Shown here piece after piece: positions 37,757-51,564 of a stretch of 64,000 nt of DNA. Source of the DNA: Fistulifera solaris (taxonomy: Eukaryota); contig AP026136.1 of the NCBI GenBank assembly GCA_030295235.1, positions 124,001 to 188,000 on the forward strand, written 5' to 3'. Under the pieces are notes generated by a model, which ran no database searches, was not told the origin of the DNA, and saw nothing but the letters and a program-made list of their open reading frames with translations. Position numbers and translations under genes: made by a program. Each line of letters begins with the position of its first letter. The stretch's first letter is position 1.

Positions 37757-38692
37757 TTATTGCATAGCTTCTCCACGAGCCTTACTGGATCGGTCCTTCA
37801 CCCACGAAGTACCACCTACGGAACTGATGCAAGGAGCTTTACCAATGTAGGGAAAGTCGGGTACGGAAATGGCGTCCAAACAGAATTGCGCGACATCCGC
37901 TCGAGCAATGGAGCCGGCTTCTCCTTCAATAACATTAATGACACCCGTGGGAGGATCGACGGTCAATCCTCCCGGACGAACGATACAATACTCCAGACCA
38001 CTCGCCTTGACCACTTTCTCTTGTTCATTCTTGTCCTTGAAAATCTTGGACATGACCGTTTTCATGAGAATCTTGAACATGAACGGCGCTTGATTTTCCG
38101 AGTCACCCGCACCAATGGACGTGACGACCGCGAGACGCTTGACTCCATTTTCTTTCATGGCCGCAATGACATTTTTGGTGCCGTCCGTCAACATGGTATC
38201 TCCCACATCAGACGTCTTTCCTCCGAGTGCGACCACCACGCCGTCAATCTTTTGCGCGGCAAATACCTTGTCGACGTCGGCCTTGTTCGTGACATCACCA
38301 CCAATGACTGTCAAGTTGGGATTCGAGATGGATTGATCCGCTTTGGCACCGCCGGATCCTTTGGGGATTTTGAGTTTCGAGGGATTGCTGTGAAAAGAAA
38401 AGGGGGGAACGAAAAAGAGAGTGAGAGACAAAACGCAAAAACGTCAGAAAGCTAGCCACTGCAGCTCATACAGCTACACCAGGACGTACCGCGTCAAACC
38501 GACTACAGTGTCTCCGTTTTCAAGAGCCTGGTACACACATTCGGCCGCCGTCAATCCGGAAGCTCCAAACACGGCAATATTGGCCATATCGAGCTGCGTG
38601 TTACTTCGGGTGGGGCGAAATGCCGTAGGAAACGCCGTCGAAGAAGACGCGAAAAGGGCAAATAGTAGACTTGCAGATTGAATCAATTTCAT
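37757..38692 (-). CDS. Plastid-targeted NAD(P)H-binding atypical SDR (flavin reductase/BLVRB-like)
   Basis: Leader STA-FPT; motifs NIAVFGASGLT, TSIGAGDS, YCIVRPGGL and IARADVA. Intron 38388-38489. Confidence 0.88.
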
Positions 38693-39364
38693 AATGAAAG
38701 GTTATTGTTGTTTTCAAATGGAGACGAACAAGAGCGTTTTGGATTAAACAAAATGTAAAATGATGAGGCAAATGAGGTTTTCAAGTTGTAAAAATTTCTT
38801 GCCGAAGACCTGCCACGAAAGATTTCTGCAAACCAAATCTCCAATCTTTATCTTTCGTGACGTCAGATTTCGGGTACAGGGCAGACGGTGGCAGTGACAA
38901 AAAACTTGGAGAGAATTTTCAAAACGTCAGTTCCTGTTCTGATGTTTTGCCTACTGATAAAATTTATACTAGATTTGAAATTGGCATTGCCTCTCTAAGT
39001 AGGTGATTCAAATGTCACACTTTTCTGGATTATACTTATACCCTGGTCTACGATGAATCTTGGTGGAGGAGATCGCACAGCAACTGCACTTCCCAAAGCG
39101 AGAACCGCGGTATTTCGAGACGGCAAAGCATTTTGCAAAACACCCTGTCAATAGTCTGACCCAGACCGTTATTGCAACGCTTCTCTCCTCTTCACCATTG
39201 CCCTTCTTACGAATAAAAGAGTAATTGAGTGGGCTCGCGCTTGTTGGGAAATAAGGTGTGGACAGACTCGAGCGCTCACTCAAGATCTTTTTGCTGCTGT
39301 GACCGGCGGAAATCTCCCATTCGTCTCGTTCGTTCCGTTTGAGAAATAAAAAAATTACTCCTTC

Positions 39365-40660
39365 ATGAATGTATCACCTCGAACACTCGCGAAAGGTACC
39401 TGGGAACCGGAAAGTGGAATAGTCACAATGAATGGTTTGAAGGAAAGCCTGCCCGAAGTGTCCTGTGACTGTAAATGGCATGTAGGACAGCTCGTAGAAG
39501 TGGCGCCTCGAACATGGCCAGGGTACGTCTTTTTCTTTCCATTGTACGACTCTTTAACTACAAGTACATCATACTCATGCTCCTATTTACAGTCAAAATC
39601 GTCCGGGAGGTCATGGACGTATTACCCACGTGCACGTGGACAAGAACGGTATTTTCAAATTGGATATCAAGTACATCATTGGGGTAGGAACAGATTTGCG
39701 ACTCGATGAGCATTACGTCACGCCGTATCAAGAGCCAACTTCCCGTATTCGTAGCCGACGTCAAGTCTCTCCAGAAACTGTCGTCCAAGAGGACAACAAG
39801 GAGAACAAAAAGGGTGGAAAGCGTTCTCGTAAAGACCCGTCGCAGCAGCGAAAAAAGAACACCGATTCAGAGCAGTCCAAGCGAACATTGAATTTCCCAG
39901 CTTTGCGTCCCAAGAAGAAAGCCATGAAGAAATCAGGGACTAAGCGACAGACGGCAGATCCGACAGAGGCCTTGTCCGAGGACGTCGAAGATGGGCCGCA
40001 TCAATTATCGAACGGAATTCCGCGCGAGATCGCTTGCGAAGAGGGCAAAAATACATTCTTGTCGCCATTGAACGACTTCTCCAAGTTGAATAACAGTCAA
40101 AAGAAGAATCATCAGACTGTCTCTCCAGAAGACGTTTTCGATGGTGATTCGTTGAGTTCCGTGGGCGAGAAATACGACGATGACATGCAAGATGTAGAGC
40201 AGGCCGAGGCCGTCAATGTGGCGTCCAAGAGTCCTATTTCCCGCACCAAACCATTGATGCGTGGAGATCTGAACACAGAAAACGTCAATGTGGAACCGAA
40301 GCGCGCTTCACAACCGATGATCAACTTGGAACGCATCCAACAGGCCCAGATTGATGTCGCCAGGAAGTTTGTTGACGAAGTGGTTCATCATAAGGTAGCA
40401 AACGACCATTCAACACGCGATGAAGCGTGTTCGGAAGAAGTTGCTAGAGAGCAGCTTTTGATTCCTGCCTAATTTTTGTCTTCGATATGAATGATCAGTA
40501 CGTCAGTGAAGAAGACGTGCTTCGATTGGTAAACGAACGTCGGGTCGTGGAACAAAGCGATGCTGCTCCTTTTAAGCAGGAAGAAGTGGAGGCATACCTT
40601 GAGTCTCTTGTTTCTAAAAATCGCATCATGAAGGCCGACGGAATGGTCTTCTTTCTCTAA
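39365..40660 (+). CDS. Hypothetical protein with a Tudor/SH3-like N-terminus and an MCM-type winged-helix-like C-terminus
   Basis: WHVGQLVEVAPRTWPG|QNRPGGHGRIT...DIKYI across intron 39523-39592. Adding one T near 40457 extends the frame to ...FKQEEVEAYLESLVSKNRIMKADGMVFFL with stop at 40660. Confidence 0.6.
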
Positions 40661-40915
40661 AACAATTATTTTGTTTCGCCAGGAGATTTATTCTTCTCTT
40701 GGAACTGTAAGATACGAAATGCTTATGTATTATGGACATGATTGGCTTAAAAATCACCACTATCGTTGTAGTTTCTGCTGTGTCTCTGCTTCGTCTAGAG
40801 CACTAATTTTGCATCAAGGAATCGTCAGAAAAAACCGTAGAGCTATGACATGAGCTTAGCGGCATAGCAGTAGCTCACTTTCTTTTTATCTTGGTTTCAA
40901 CTTTACTAGTTCTAG

Positions 40916-41415
40916 CTAGTCATCTTCCTCCACTCGTTCAATGAATTGCGAAGGATCAAAACCAGGGATGGGAGGAGTCCACACAGGAAGCTGTCGCCAC
41001 GGTGGCGGCATGGTCGTGTTCATAGAAAGTGCCGCATCCCGCAGAGGACTGTTCCGTGGTAACATACGAATAGCGTGTTGCTTCAAATGAATTTTGCACG
41101 TCAAATCGTGATCAATTTCGTTGTGTTGGCGAAAGCGTCCGATGACATGATTTCGTCCAATTTGGTAGCGCCGTTCTTTTTCTTCTTCCGAAACTGCTGG
41201 TTCTAGTTTCATCGGGGCATCTAGCGCCGCCATAACCAGTTTCATATTTTTACTCGCCATACTATCTTGTTCGGCGCCTCCGGTTCCTTTTTTTCTTTTT
41301 CTTGTTGGCTTTTTTGTTGTTTGCGTTTGGGGGCTTCCGGATCGACGGCCAAACAGCGTATTGGTTGTCGCACTAGTGGCGATCGTCCACGACCGAGACG
41401 CAAGGCAGTGAACAT
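40916..41415 (-). CDS. Mitochondrial ribosomal protein mL40-like (MRP-L28 family)
   Basis: Arg-rich presequence MFTALRLGRGRSPLVRQPIRCL; core EEKERR...HAIRMLP...LRDAAL...LPVWTPPIPGF. A frameshift lies in the T-runs at 41288-41315. Confidence 0.7.
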
Positions 41416-42309
41416 ACTGGTAGTAATGTGTGTAGGTGTATGGAAGATTAACAGTTATATTGGGAAAGGGCGAGAAAGAGAGAAATAATGCTTTCGTTAT
41501 TGAGTGATAACGTAAAGATCGAGCGAGGCGAGTTTTTCATGGAGGTGGTTGTGACGGGTGACAGACAGACACAATGCGACCTTAGTCTTTCTAAGAATCG
41601 TAGACCGCTACGTCAACCTGTATCAGCAATCCAAACTTTAAAATGCTTCTTGACTGATATGCAGTCGTGATTAGAAGGTCGCCTTCACTTTGGGCCTATA
41701 CAGTAAATGCTACGTACCGGTACGGTACCAGGTACGGACGATAAGGTTGAGCGAAGCAAGCGCCAAACAATGGAAAAGATGAACGAGGCGCATACGGGCG
41801 TACGGCGTGCAATTTGCTAATGCTGCTGAACGTAATTTTCAGCCCAATGAAACCAATGTAGCTTACCAAGCTAACAGACCGAGCTGATCTTTGATTAAGT
41901 CCGGCTCAAAATGTTCACTTTTTGGGATGCAGTCGTACTTGGTCCGTGGGTCGTTACCACCATTTAACGCCTTACCATTTTCACTTTCAAGGCGTTTCCA
42001 GCAAACAGCTTTGCCCGGTTTCTTCGAATTTCCGATCTTGTGAGGCTAGAGCAAAGCAGACACTATTGCATTATGACAAATTACGTTTTACGCTATGCAA
42101 CTTAAACAACTGGGGCAGTTATCAGTGTCTCAAATTGGTAAGAGTTTTACGGGCACTTGATTCCTAATGAGAATTTTCTTTGATAGTGGGCTCTGTCATT
42201 CGATTTTGCATTCTACTGTACACCCATAACGAAAACGGACGATCCATTCTTGTCTTCCAGGCGAACGACTGTTTCTCGTCCATGGCAACACCGCTAGTTA
42301 CCTGCAGAG

Positions 42310-43388
42310 TCATTGTTTTGGTCTTTTTCTGATCCATGACGATTCGATCATGCTCCGAGGAACGCTTTCCAGTGTCACTATTTTTTCGTGCAGCCTTGGC
42401 CTCTTTCGGCAACTGATGAGCGCAAGGGCAACATTCGCTACGTCGGCTTCCAATATTGATTTACAGTGAAGCTTGCGGTTCACTGTAGCAGCGGAATCTT
42501 CGTCCTCTTTGTCTGGTGGCGCCACGGACACAACTCTCTCATTCCATTCTCGTGATAGGCTTGTGTCGACATTTGATACCCGTTCTATCCGCGCGCTGGC
42601 GGCAAGATGCTCAACCTTAGGTGTCTCGCTCACTGTTGGCAGAGATGACACTTCTGACCGCACAAGTCCTCTAACTTCTTTTGAGGAGGTCATTCTTTTG
42701 ATTTGTCTTTTCTTGCAACCCACACAAATCCAATCTTATCGAGTAGCTGTTGCTTGTCTTGGCCAAGCTTTCCGGACATTTTGCAAGATCTTTGATTATG
42801 TATCCAAGTCCTCAATTCCTTGTCTTCAGAATCAGAGACCTTGAAGTTCCCCTTTCGCTCTTTGAAAGACACACATCGCTTGTACATATCCATCCACCGT
42901 TTATTGGTCCTTGTTCTCCAAACAAATCCAAGCTCATTCAAAAGCTGCTCTCGATCCGGCCGTAACGTGCCGGCACGTTGACAATCATGTTGTGTTCGAA
43001 TCCACGTGTGCAGTTCCTTATTCTCTGTAACGGGTACCTGAGCATGACCGTTTCTTTGTTTGAAGTCAAGCAACTGATGGTATCGATCCATCCACGGGAC
43101 TGTAGTTTTGCTTGTATCTGGTTTTCTCCAGATAAACCCCAAATCATTCAGAAGCTGTTCGCGGTCCTGTCGCATCTTGCCGGCTCGTTGAATCGATCGT
43201 TGATTGAGAACCCATACGGCCAGCGAGTTGTCTTCATACGATTTCGGGACTCGGCAATGCCCATTCGCTTGATGAAACGTCTGGAGTTTTTGATAGACCT
43301 CCATCCACGTCTTATCCATGGCTTCCATTCGAAGGTCCGGGGCTAGTCTCTCAGACGACGCTGCACGCGATTGATCACCAGCGCACAT
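42310..43388 (-). CDS. Helicase-associated (HA) domain repeat protein, three repeats
   Basis: Three copies of the pattern WM..Y..L..F....GH..VP...L..W...QR...L...GF.W. Adding one A in the run at 42696-42699 joins the downstream ORF. Confidence 0.88.
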
Positions 43389-44021
43389 ATTCTTCGTTTG
43401 TTGGTAAGAAACGACACCGCACAATGTGTTTTGTTTTTTTAATTGATAGCTTTCCTTTCAAGAAAATGAATGATGTTGTGTAGATCGAAAAGAGTTTTTA
43501 TCAGAATGAATAAAATGGAAAATGCTTTTTGCGAAACTCATGCGTCACCTTGCACCTTGCATCGTGTTTTTGAACTTCAAAAAGAGACCCACGTCAGTAC
43601 ACACGTCAGCTTTGGCTGGATACACTGTTTTGCTTTATACCTACTGACGTGTCATGACTGAGGTTCAGTCGTGACAATGTTCTTTGACGCTTCTGGTACT
43701 GGTACTGTACCTGGTAGTGAAATCTTCACAGCGTGGTGTCGTCTTTCTCGAAACCCTTTCGAAACTCCATGCGATCATCTTCCTTGTCAGCAACTCCACA
43801 TTATTTATCTATGAAAGATGACGTTTTTAACGTTTAACTGCTTTTCTAAATGCAAGGTTCGAAAGACTAGAACATAGCTTTCTTTCTACCTAGGGAGTCA
43901 TTTTGTGACAATCTCCTTAAATAGAGGTTTGACCTACATTCGAGGTGTTGGACAACCAGCTAGGGCTCTAAATGTGATTATTACTTGTATACAAGCATGA
44001 TTTATTTTTATTCTTTCCCGT

Positions 44022-44901
44022 TTACGAAAGCTGATCAATCAATGAACTTCGAATATCCGTGACAATACTCGACGGTTGACCCGATTGTTGTCCTGCCGCG
44101 GCTTGCAATCTAAAAATACTTTCAATGACCGAAACTTCGGTTCCGGTTGTATCCAAACCACAAAATGCTTTCCAATCATTTACCACCATTCCGCCTCCCA
44201 GTACATCGGAACCACGATTCACCGTCCCCGCAACCAACGGCACTTGCAACAACGACGAGAGTTCTTCCATGTCTTCCACGGTCGTTCGTGCATGCACCAT
44301 ACCGCCCTGATTGGTGAATTTGCTGTAACTGCCCACCAGTGCCTGTCCACCGACGGTTTGTCGAAAGACTTCGACGCCCAACACATCCGCAATGACATCT
44401 TCCGTCTCACGGTCCGTATCGGGATGCACGAGGGCGACGTGATCGTTCGTCGCAATAATATTCCCCAACGCCGACAACCGTTCTTCAATACGCTGTACGA
44501 CTACCGCGTCCGGCAGCGAATTGCGCAAATGTTGCAATTCCATGTCGGTCGTCGTGTTGGGAACGAGCAATCCGCGGCGATTGCCGGCGGTCGTACGACC
44601 AACAAAGCGATTGCCGCCAATGGTGGCGTGAATGACGGGAATGTGGGAGGCCAATTCGGCTTCGAAAATGGAATAAAAGTTTTCCGAAAAGCCGATTCCT
44701 GTCAAAGAGGGATTAAGTTGTTTGTGTTGAGAGAAAAAAAAGTGAGACTGTGAATCGAAAATTCGAATCGATAGACAGGAGCATCAAAACCGTGTCTTTT
44801 AGTAACCTTCTTGTTCACGTACCGGTCAAACAGTAAGAATTCGTCAAGGCCGCAAATACACCAATCTCATTGGAGTTCTCAAAAGCACATCGTGTCACCA
44901 T
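44022..44901 (-). CDS. EIF6: Eukaryotic translation initiation factor 6
   Basis: [36 protein letters not shown]...ERLSALGN...AGTVNRGS. Intron 44699-44822. Confidence 0.97.
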
Positions 44902-45551
44902 GATGAATCAGTCGATAAATAAAGAAAAAGAATATATAAGAAGGAACCTGGTGACGATTTGCAAAATTGTTGCCTTTGTTGTAGGTTATTTCCGATTTGA
45001 GGAGAGAGATTTTCCACAAATAAAGCTTTCAAGTGAATTGCTTGCTCAATGAATCAGCTTGTTTTCTGTGCGTGTTTGAACGAAACGCATCCACCCGCTG
45101 GTCTTTTGTCGTGCAGCTGTTGTTGTTCTTTGCGGTTAGTTATTGCGGGTTGCGGGGCAACTCTTTCTTTGCTTTCGTTGGGGATCTTCGGTGATTATTA
45201 TTTATTGATTTGGATGGAAGCGGCGCCGCAAGATTGGATTACGGTCGCCGCAAGGACAAGCCACGGATAACTCACGTCTCACGTCGCGCACTCGTGTCTG
45301 AATGTCTGCGTTTGCCAGAAAACGTCACAAAACCGCGCCACATACAAAGTAACGAGTGCGACACCGCTGCGTAATAAAGCAACTGAGTCACCATGATGAC
45401 AAATAAATAATCAGATATGATACGAAGACGAACTTCCGGTGCGTAGTTTACAGTTTACAGCAGTTGTCATTACTTTTTCTTTCCTCTCTTGAAATAAAAG
45501 TAAAGTACGCAGACGCCTAACATAGCCATCAAAGTCGATACAGTACACAGG

Positions 45552-48500
45552 ATGAGAATATACGTGTTATCTTCAACGACGTGGCTCTGCCTCGTCTCTT
45601 GGCTACTTCCTTCGGTCGCCTTTCATGTCGCTCCTTCGAACAACATTGCCATTCGAAGAATTAGTAGAAGCCCGAAATCAGTCGTTACGACAAGTACAGC
45701 TGTGTCGATGGGCATGTTTGAAGATTTCGTGTCGGGTCAAGACAAGAATGCTCGTCAGCAAGAAAATGCGGCGTATTTGCAGCAATTGCAAACACGCGTC
45801 GAACGGATCAATGCCTTGGAATCTTCTGTGGAAGAATTAGGAGATGACGAATTGATTGCCAAGACGCAAGAATTCAAACAACGCTTATCGCAGGGGGGAA
45901 GATATCAACGGAAAAATATTGGAAGAAGCCTTTGCAGTTGTCCGAGAAGCGTCATGGTGAGTTGGGTCGTTTACGATGCGCGATGGTTCCTTTTCCCTTT
46001 CTCATTCATGTGTTTCTTAGGCGCGTCTTGGAACTACGTCATTACGATGTGCAACTGTTGGGTGGTTTGATCTTGCACGATGGTCGTTTGGCGGAAATGG
46101 CCACGGGTGAAGGAAAAACCTTGGTTTCTACGTTACCCGCTTACGTCAATGCCTTGACGGGGCAATCCTCCTTTGTGATTACCGTCAATGACTATTTGGC
46201 GCGACGTGATATGGAAAAAATGGGACAAATTCATCGTTTTTTGGGATTGACGGTCGGGTTGGTCCAAGCCAACATGAACGAACAACAGCGGAAACAGGCG
46301 TACGCGTGTGATGTTGTGTACGTCACCAACAGTGAATTGGGATTTGATTATTTGCGCGATCATTTGGCGCTGTCGCCGGAACAGACGGTCCTACCGGGAG
46401 GTGCCGGCGAATTTAGTGGTTTTTGTGTTGTGGATGAAGCAGATTCGGTCTTGATTGATGAAGCACGGACACCGTTAATTGTCAGCAAACAAGTGGCGGC
46501 GCCGGCGAACAAGTATGCGGCCGCGAATGCTATTGCGGGAGCTTTGAAGGCTGGTCTGCATTATACAGTGGATCTCAAAAACAAGAATTGTGTCCTCACC
46601 GAAGTAGGTTTCAAAGAGTCCGAAGCGGCGCTGGGTGTAGATTCACTTTTTACCATTCAAGCCGATGGGTCAGCTTGGGCTCCTTATATCACTAATGCGG
46701 TCAAAGCGAAGGAGTTATTTAACAAAGACGTCGAATACACTATTTTAAAGGATGGCAATGGAAAGGATATTGGCGTTGGCATTATTGACTCTTTACTGGT
46801 CGCGTTTTGGATGGACGTCGTTGGTCGGATGGGTTACATCAGAGCATCGAAGCTAAAGAAGGTATCGAAGTCAGCCAACAAAGTAAAGTCATTGCAAAAG
46901 TCACCTATCAAGCGTTGTTCCGACAATTTTCGCGTTTGTCTGGCATGACGGGCACCGCCATGTCGGACGCGAAGGAATTCGAGCAAACGTACGGTTTGAA
47001 AGTAGTCCCCGTTCCTACCGCTTTGCCAATCGCACGTCGCGACTATCCGGATGTTAGTTTCAAAACCCGTGCGGCTGCCAATCGAGCATTGGTAAAGGAA
47101 GTTGTGAACGTTGGTGGTGGTCAACCTGGTGGACGCCCCTGTTTGATTGGAACGACATCCGTGGCTCAGAGTGAAGAACTGATTAAAGCTTTGGCAGAGG
47201 AAGGAATCGCAGCTGAGTTGCTGAACGCCTCACCCCAGAATGCTCCACGTGAATCCGAAATTATTGCTCAAGCGGGACGTGCGGGAGTCGTCACGGTGGC
47301 CACGAACATGGCAGGTCGAGGTACAGACATCTTGTTGGGTGGTTGTCCCACAACCATGGCTCGTATTAAGACGAGATCGGTGCTTCTAGAAGAAGGTGTA
47401 GTTGTCTCGAAAGATGAATTGGCGCTTGTACCACCATCTCCGGACGAGGATTACTACCCTGCAGATGTAGATGAAGATTCTATCACAACGCTTAAAGACG
47501 CCGCCAAGGCAATGAAGAGAGCATTCGCCGACGGAGTCAGTGCAATTGAATTGGATGACATTTTGACCGTGGCGTTTGACACGACAGAAGCTGATGACGA
47601 ACCTGAGTATGTGACACTACTCAGAGAAGCAGCCGATTCCATTAAAGAAACGTTCAAAGAAGTGCTGGCAGAAGAAAAAGCAGCTGTCAAAGCAAAAGGT
47701 GGTCTTTACGTTATGGGTACGAATCGTCACGAAAGTTCTCGTATCGATCTTCAGCTTCGAGGACGTGCTGGGCGTCAAGGAGACCCTGGATCATCTCGTT
47801 TCTTTTATCCTTCGAAGATGACATGTTTGTCATCTTCGGTGGAGACAAATTGAAAAACATGTTGAATATGTTTCGTGTGAGTGAAGATATGCCCGTAGAA
47901 GCCGAACAAGTAACTGAAGCTTTGAATAAAGTCCAGAACGCCGTTGAGGAAAAGTATCGAGAGATCCGAGCTGAGATTTTTAACTTTGATGATGTCCTCA
48001 ATAGTCAACGTTCCGTCATCTACAAGCGCCGCAGAGACATTTTATTTTCCTCGTCAGACGAATCACTTCGAATAATTAAGGATTACAACATGCAGACAGT
48101 ATCAGATATCGTCAAGGGGCAAACGGACAAGGATGGAACTGTCAACGTCCCCAAGCTGTTGCAAAAGGTGTATCAATTTTTCCCTCTGGTGCAACCGTTT
48201 GTTTCAGAAGCTGATCTCGTTGGCAAAGACAAGAGCACAATTGAGACATTTGTGAAGGTGGCTGTTGAAGAAGTGTTTAACTCTAAACTGGAAACACAAC
48301 CAAATCTTGTTCGATCCGCCAATTATGCTACGCTTGTAACCATGGACAATGCATGGAGCGATCATTTACAAGCAATGGAAAACTTGAAGGAAAGTGTGAT
48401 TCTTCTCAAATATCAAAACCGTGACCCTGTTTCCGAGTACAAAAACCAATCATTCAACCTCTTCAAGAATTTGGAAGATACAATGCGTCGGAATGCAGTT

Positions 48501-48557
48501 TTCTCGCTGTGGCAAAGTCTTGCTGCTAGCGGACAACCGGCTACTCAAACAGCTTAA
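45552..48557 (+). CDS. secA: Nucleus-encoded plastid preprotein translocase SecA
   Basis: Leader SVA-FHV; motifs [52 protein letters not shown] and [13 protein letters not shown]. Intron 45957-46020. Indels at 45893-45898, 46792-46794 and 47803-47806. Confidence 0.96.
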
Positions 48558-48691
48558 TATTCACCTTGCAGCGACCATCGTTGCCTGCGGTGTATCATAA
48601 ATTCTGCTTAATATTCTCCATCAAATAAGCTTCAATAAGTCTGCTTGTCGTTGATCTGCGATCATTATCATCCGTACTTGCCAATGCTCCG

Positions 48692-51564
48692 TCAACTTGG
48701 TTGGTCATTTCTATCGTCGTCGGCGGCGGCGGCGGCGGCTGTGTTCCCTTCTCTGTCGCGGGGCTTCGCTTCCAAAGTAGATTCAATGAAGTGGTCATCG
48801 TAACGCAACTCAGCAGAAGCAAAAGAGTTTTCATAGACACGTATTTCAATTGATGTTTCGTCTGCCGAGATAAGTCGCTTGAAGGAGCTTTGAATAAGTG
48901 GGTCATTGGTGGAAACGCAATCAATCGCGTCTTTCCGGTGTAAAGCTCCTTGGGTAGAATCGTCGATACGAAGCAAGGATGACTGCCTTCGTCGTCGGAG
49001 TCCCTCAGTTTTCTCCGAGTTGTTGTGGAGGTAGATGTAAGGTGTAGATCCCAGACCACCATCTACTATTTCAAATCCCATAGACTCTGGTACTTCCCTC
49101 TCGTCTAAAGGAATCGCCTTTTTTCTTAAGGCTTTCACGACATCTGAGCTTTCATTCTCCTTTATTTCGCGAACACAGTATTGCGCCGCCATTCTTAGTT
49201 TTTCCAACTCTAACCACGCTTTTTTAAACATTCCTTGCTGAACCTCTGTTCGCGGTAGAATTTTCCCGAAAAATTGCTGTCCGGGTATAGATTGATTATT
49301 GCATGGAATTTCAGGCAATATCGTAGTAACCTCGGCGTGGGAGCACGGAAGGGGTCTATCGTGGTGCCGACTAATGTTGAACGAAGGTACTTGAGTAATA
49401 TAGGTCCCGAAGGCCAAACATTTGGCATCTTTCAGCTTCAGGGCATCTTGGCGACGATGTCGGGCTGACTTCGACTCGTTGCGCAGCTTCTCAATGGCTT
49501 TAGAGATCCTATCATCGTGAGACAGGCTGCCAAAGCACGAGTCGACCAACATCATGTGCGGACCGAGTAAACTGTAGACAATTGTCCGCGTGCCCTAAGT
49601 CAAAATAATTTCCCAAGGCAAAAGTAGGCTCACAATCCCGGCAACCAAACATCCCGCAGTTATCCAAAAGGAAATGACCCCCTCTTCCCATGTGACAAGT
49701 ATTTTGACGACGCGCATGTAGCGACAGTACTTTGCTATGATACCTTGATATCGGAACAGTCGCTCTAACAGGTCTAAAGGTATGCTGATGTTGGCCTGTT
49801 TGGTGTGAATAGTCTCGTCGCCAATCGCATTCAGCTGCTGTTGTAGCTCTGCCAGAGTCGCAATATGTTTCTGGTCACGCTCGAGGCGGTCTTTCCACGC
49901 CTTTTCATGAGCATCTATCCTCTCCACTTGATGGAAGGGTTCGATACGCTCAAACTGAATCGAAGTCTCGCCTCCCAGCAATATTTGTAAATAGTTTCGA
50001 AACGATGGGCATCCAAACCACGGCGACGGGTGTTGTCGCCTTTGTATCAGTGTAATTAACATGATCCACCCAACACCCAAGAAGCAAAATGCCGGAAATA
50101 AAGAAGGTCGCTCCAATAATTTGCAGCAGGATAAGAAGAAGACGAGAGAGTGCAATGGAAGGACCATGTCAAATACTTGTACCTGTCCTCGCCAAAAGAT
50201 CAGCGATTGGATACTGTCAACGATGCAGTATCCCAACGTGTTCTTGTATTCCAGGATTTCGTTAATGTAAGATCGCATAATCGTGATATCGAACCCTTGT
50301 TCCGTGTGATCCCCAAATTCTCCGTGACAGGTGTAGTGTAGAACTTTGAAGCTCTTCTCTTTTCCACATTGACATGAAATTTCGGACGTGATCGGATTCC
50401 TGCCAGCAACGCTTCTCGCTCATTGAAATACTCCAAACGAATTCGTACCGTAATTTGACCAGCCGATATACGATCGGTGACATGCAAATTGGGATACAGT
50501 TTATAGGTGAGGGTGTAATCTGTGTGACGTTGTAGATTGCTGAGATTGACGACCACCCGTCCCAATGGATCATGAGCACCGAGACAATCAAAGTCAAACG
50601 CCCCCAGATACAACAAACTGGATGGATGCATAATTTTGATGCAAAATGCTCTCTGGGTCCATGGCATCCAGTGAGGACTGAGTTCATCGTCAATGACCGG
50701 TGTTTGCACCATGGCGTCTTCAAACACAGCGCAAACAAAACAGTCGGTAAAATTTCCGATACTCCCACCGATATCTACGTTCGGAAGATCGGAACATTTC
50801 AGTATTTCTAGATAGAGATGTCCAATGGAACCCGATCCGGCGGTAACCCATTGCTGGGAAGGAGCAAATATGGTTTCCTTGATAGCTTCTTTGGACATGT
50901 ACGTCGTCTCTTCGACTCGTTGAGGATCGGAGTGCGGTTTGACGTAAATACTGAAATCATCCTGGACTATAGTCTGCAGAATGCTAGATACGGAACGTCC
51001 CAAGTTCCTCCATTGGCTGGCTTCGGTGACCAATGTGGCGGTAGGTACGGCTTCTCTCCAAGGATTTTCGTTTCGATATAGTTTCGTCAAAAATTCAATA
51101 TCACAGTCGGTAGCCAATCGAAATCGCATCGTTAAAATCACATTCTCTGTAACCCTGATATCCATATGCTCCTCTTGCGAGACTAAAATGGTATCCCCGT
51201 TCACTAGCGTATGTCCTACCGAACCCGTATCCCACGTGGTAAGATTCAATGGATCTTTCTGTTTGTACCGAACCGTGACTTCCAAAGGATCCAAAGCCAA
51301 TTCGCGCGGCGTCGCATCCCACCAAAAGAGTGACTTTTTCGACAATGACCATATTCCTCCCTCTTCGGCCGAACCTGTCTGATGTCGAAAGGTTCGTCCA
51401 AACGCGATTTGGCAAAAATACTGGTGATTTGGGTCAACGCCCGAAATTCCCACGACTTCTCCTAAAAGACGAATGGGCTCATCTTTTGCCAGCAATTCTA
51501 TTTGCCGTTCAACGTCGTGAGCTTTCCGTGTTTCGTCACATGACAGGGTAGTAGAAGCCTCCAT
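48692..51564 (-). CDS. C2-domain membrane protein (MCTP-like architecture), interrupted by one indel and one in-frame TAG
   Basis: C2 motifs LYLEILKCSDLP, VQTPVIDDELSPHW and FDFD...HDPLGRV, followed by hydrophobic segments. Indel near 50360; in-frame TAG at 49595-49597. Confidence 0.75.

Noticed and set aside
37700..38455. Long antisense ORFs (251 aa here; also 44076-44753, 52442-53041, 57743-58432, 58966-59514)
   Set aside because: They are shadow frames opposite well-supported genes and contain no recognisable motifs.
33298..44901. Apparent cluster of RNA-biogenesis genes (Nop10, SmD3, mL40, eIF6)
   Set aside because: They belong to different complexes and are interspersed with unrelated genes, as expected in a compact genome.
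45552..48557. Programmed ribosomal frameshifting or pseudogenisation as the cause of split SecA and other split genes
   Set aside because: The shifts go in both directions, share no slippery or stop motif, sit in homopolymers and hit essential genes that show no other decay. Sequencing error explains them better.
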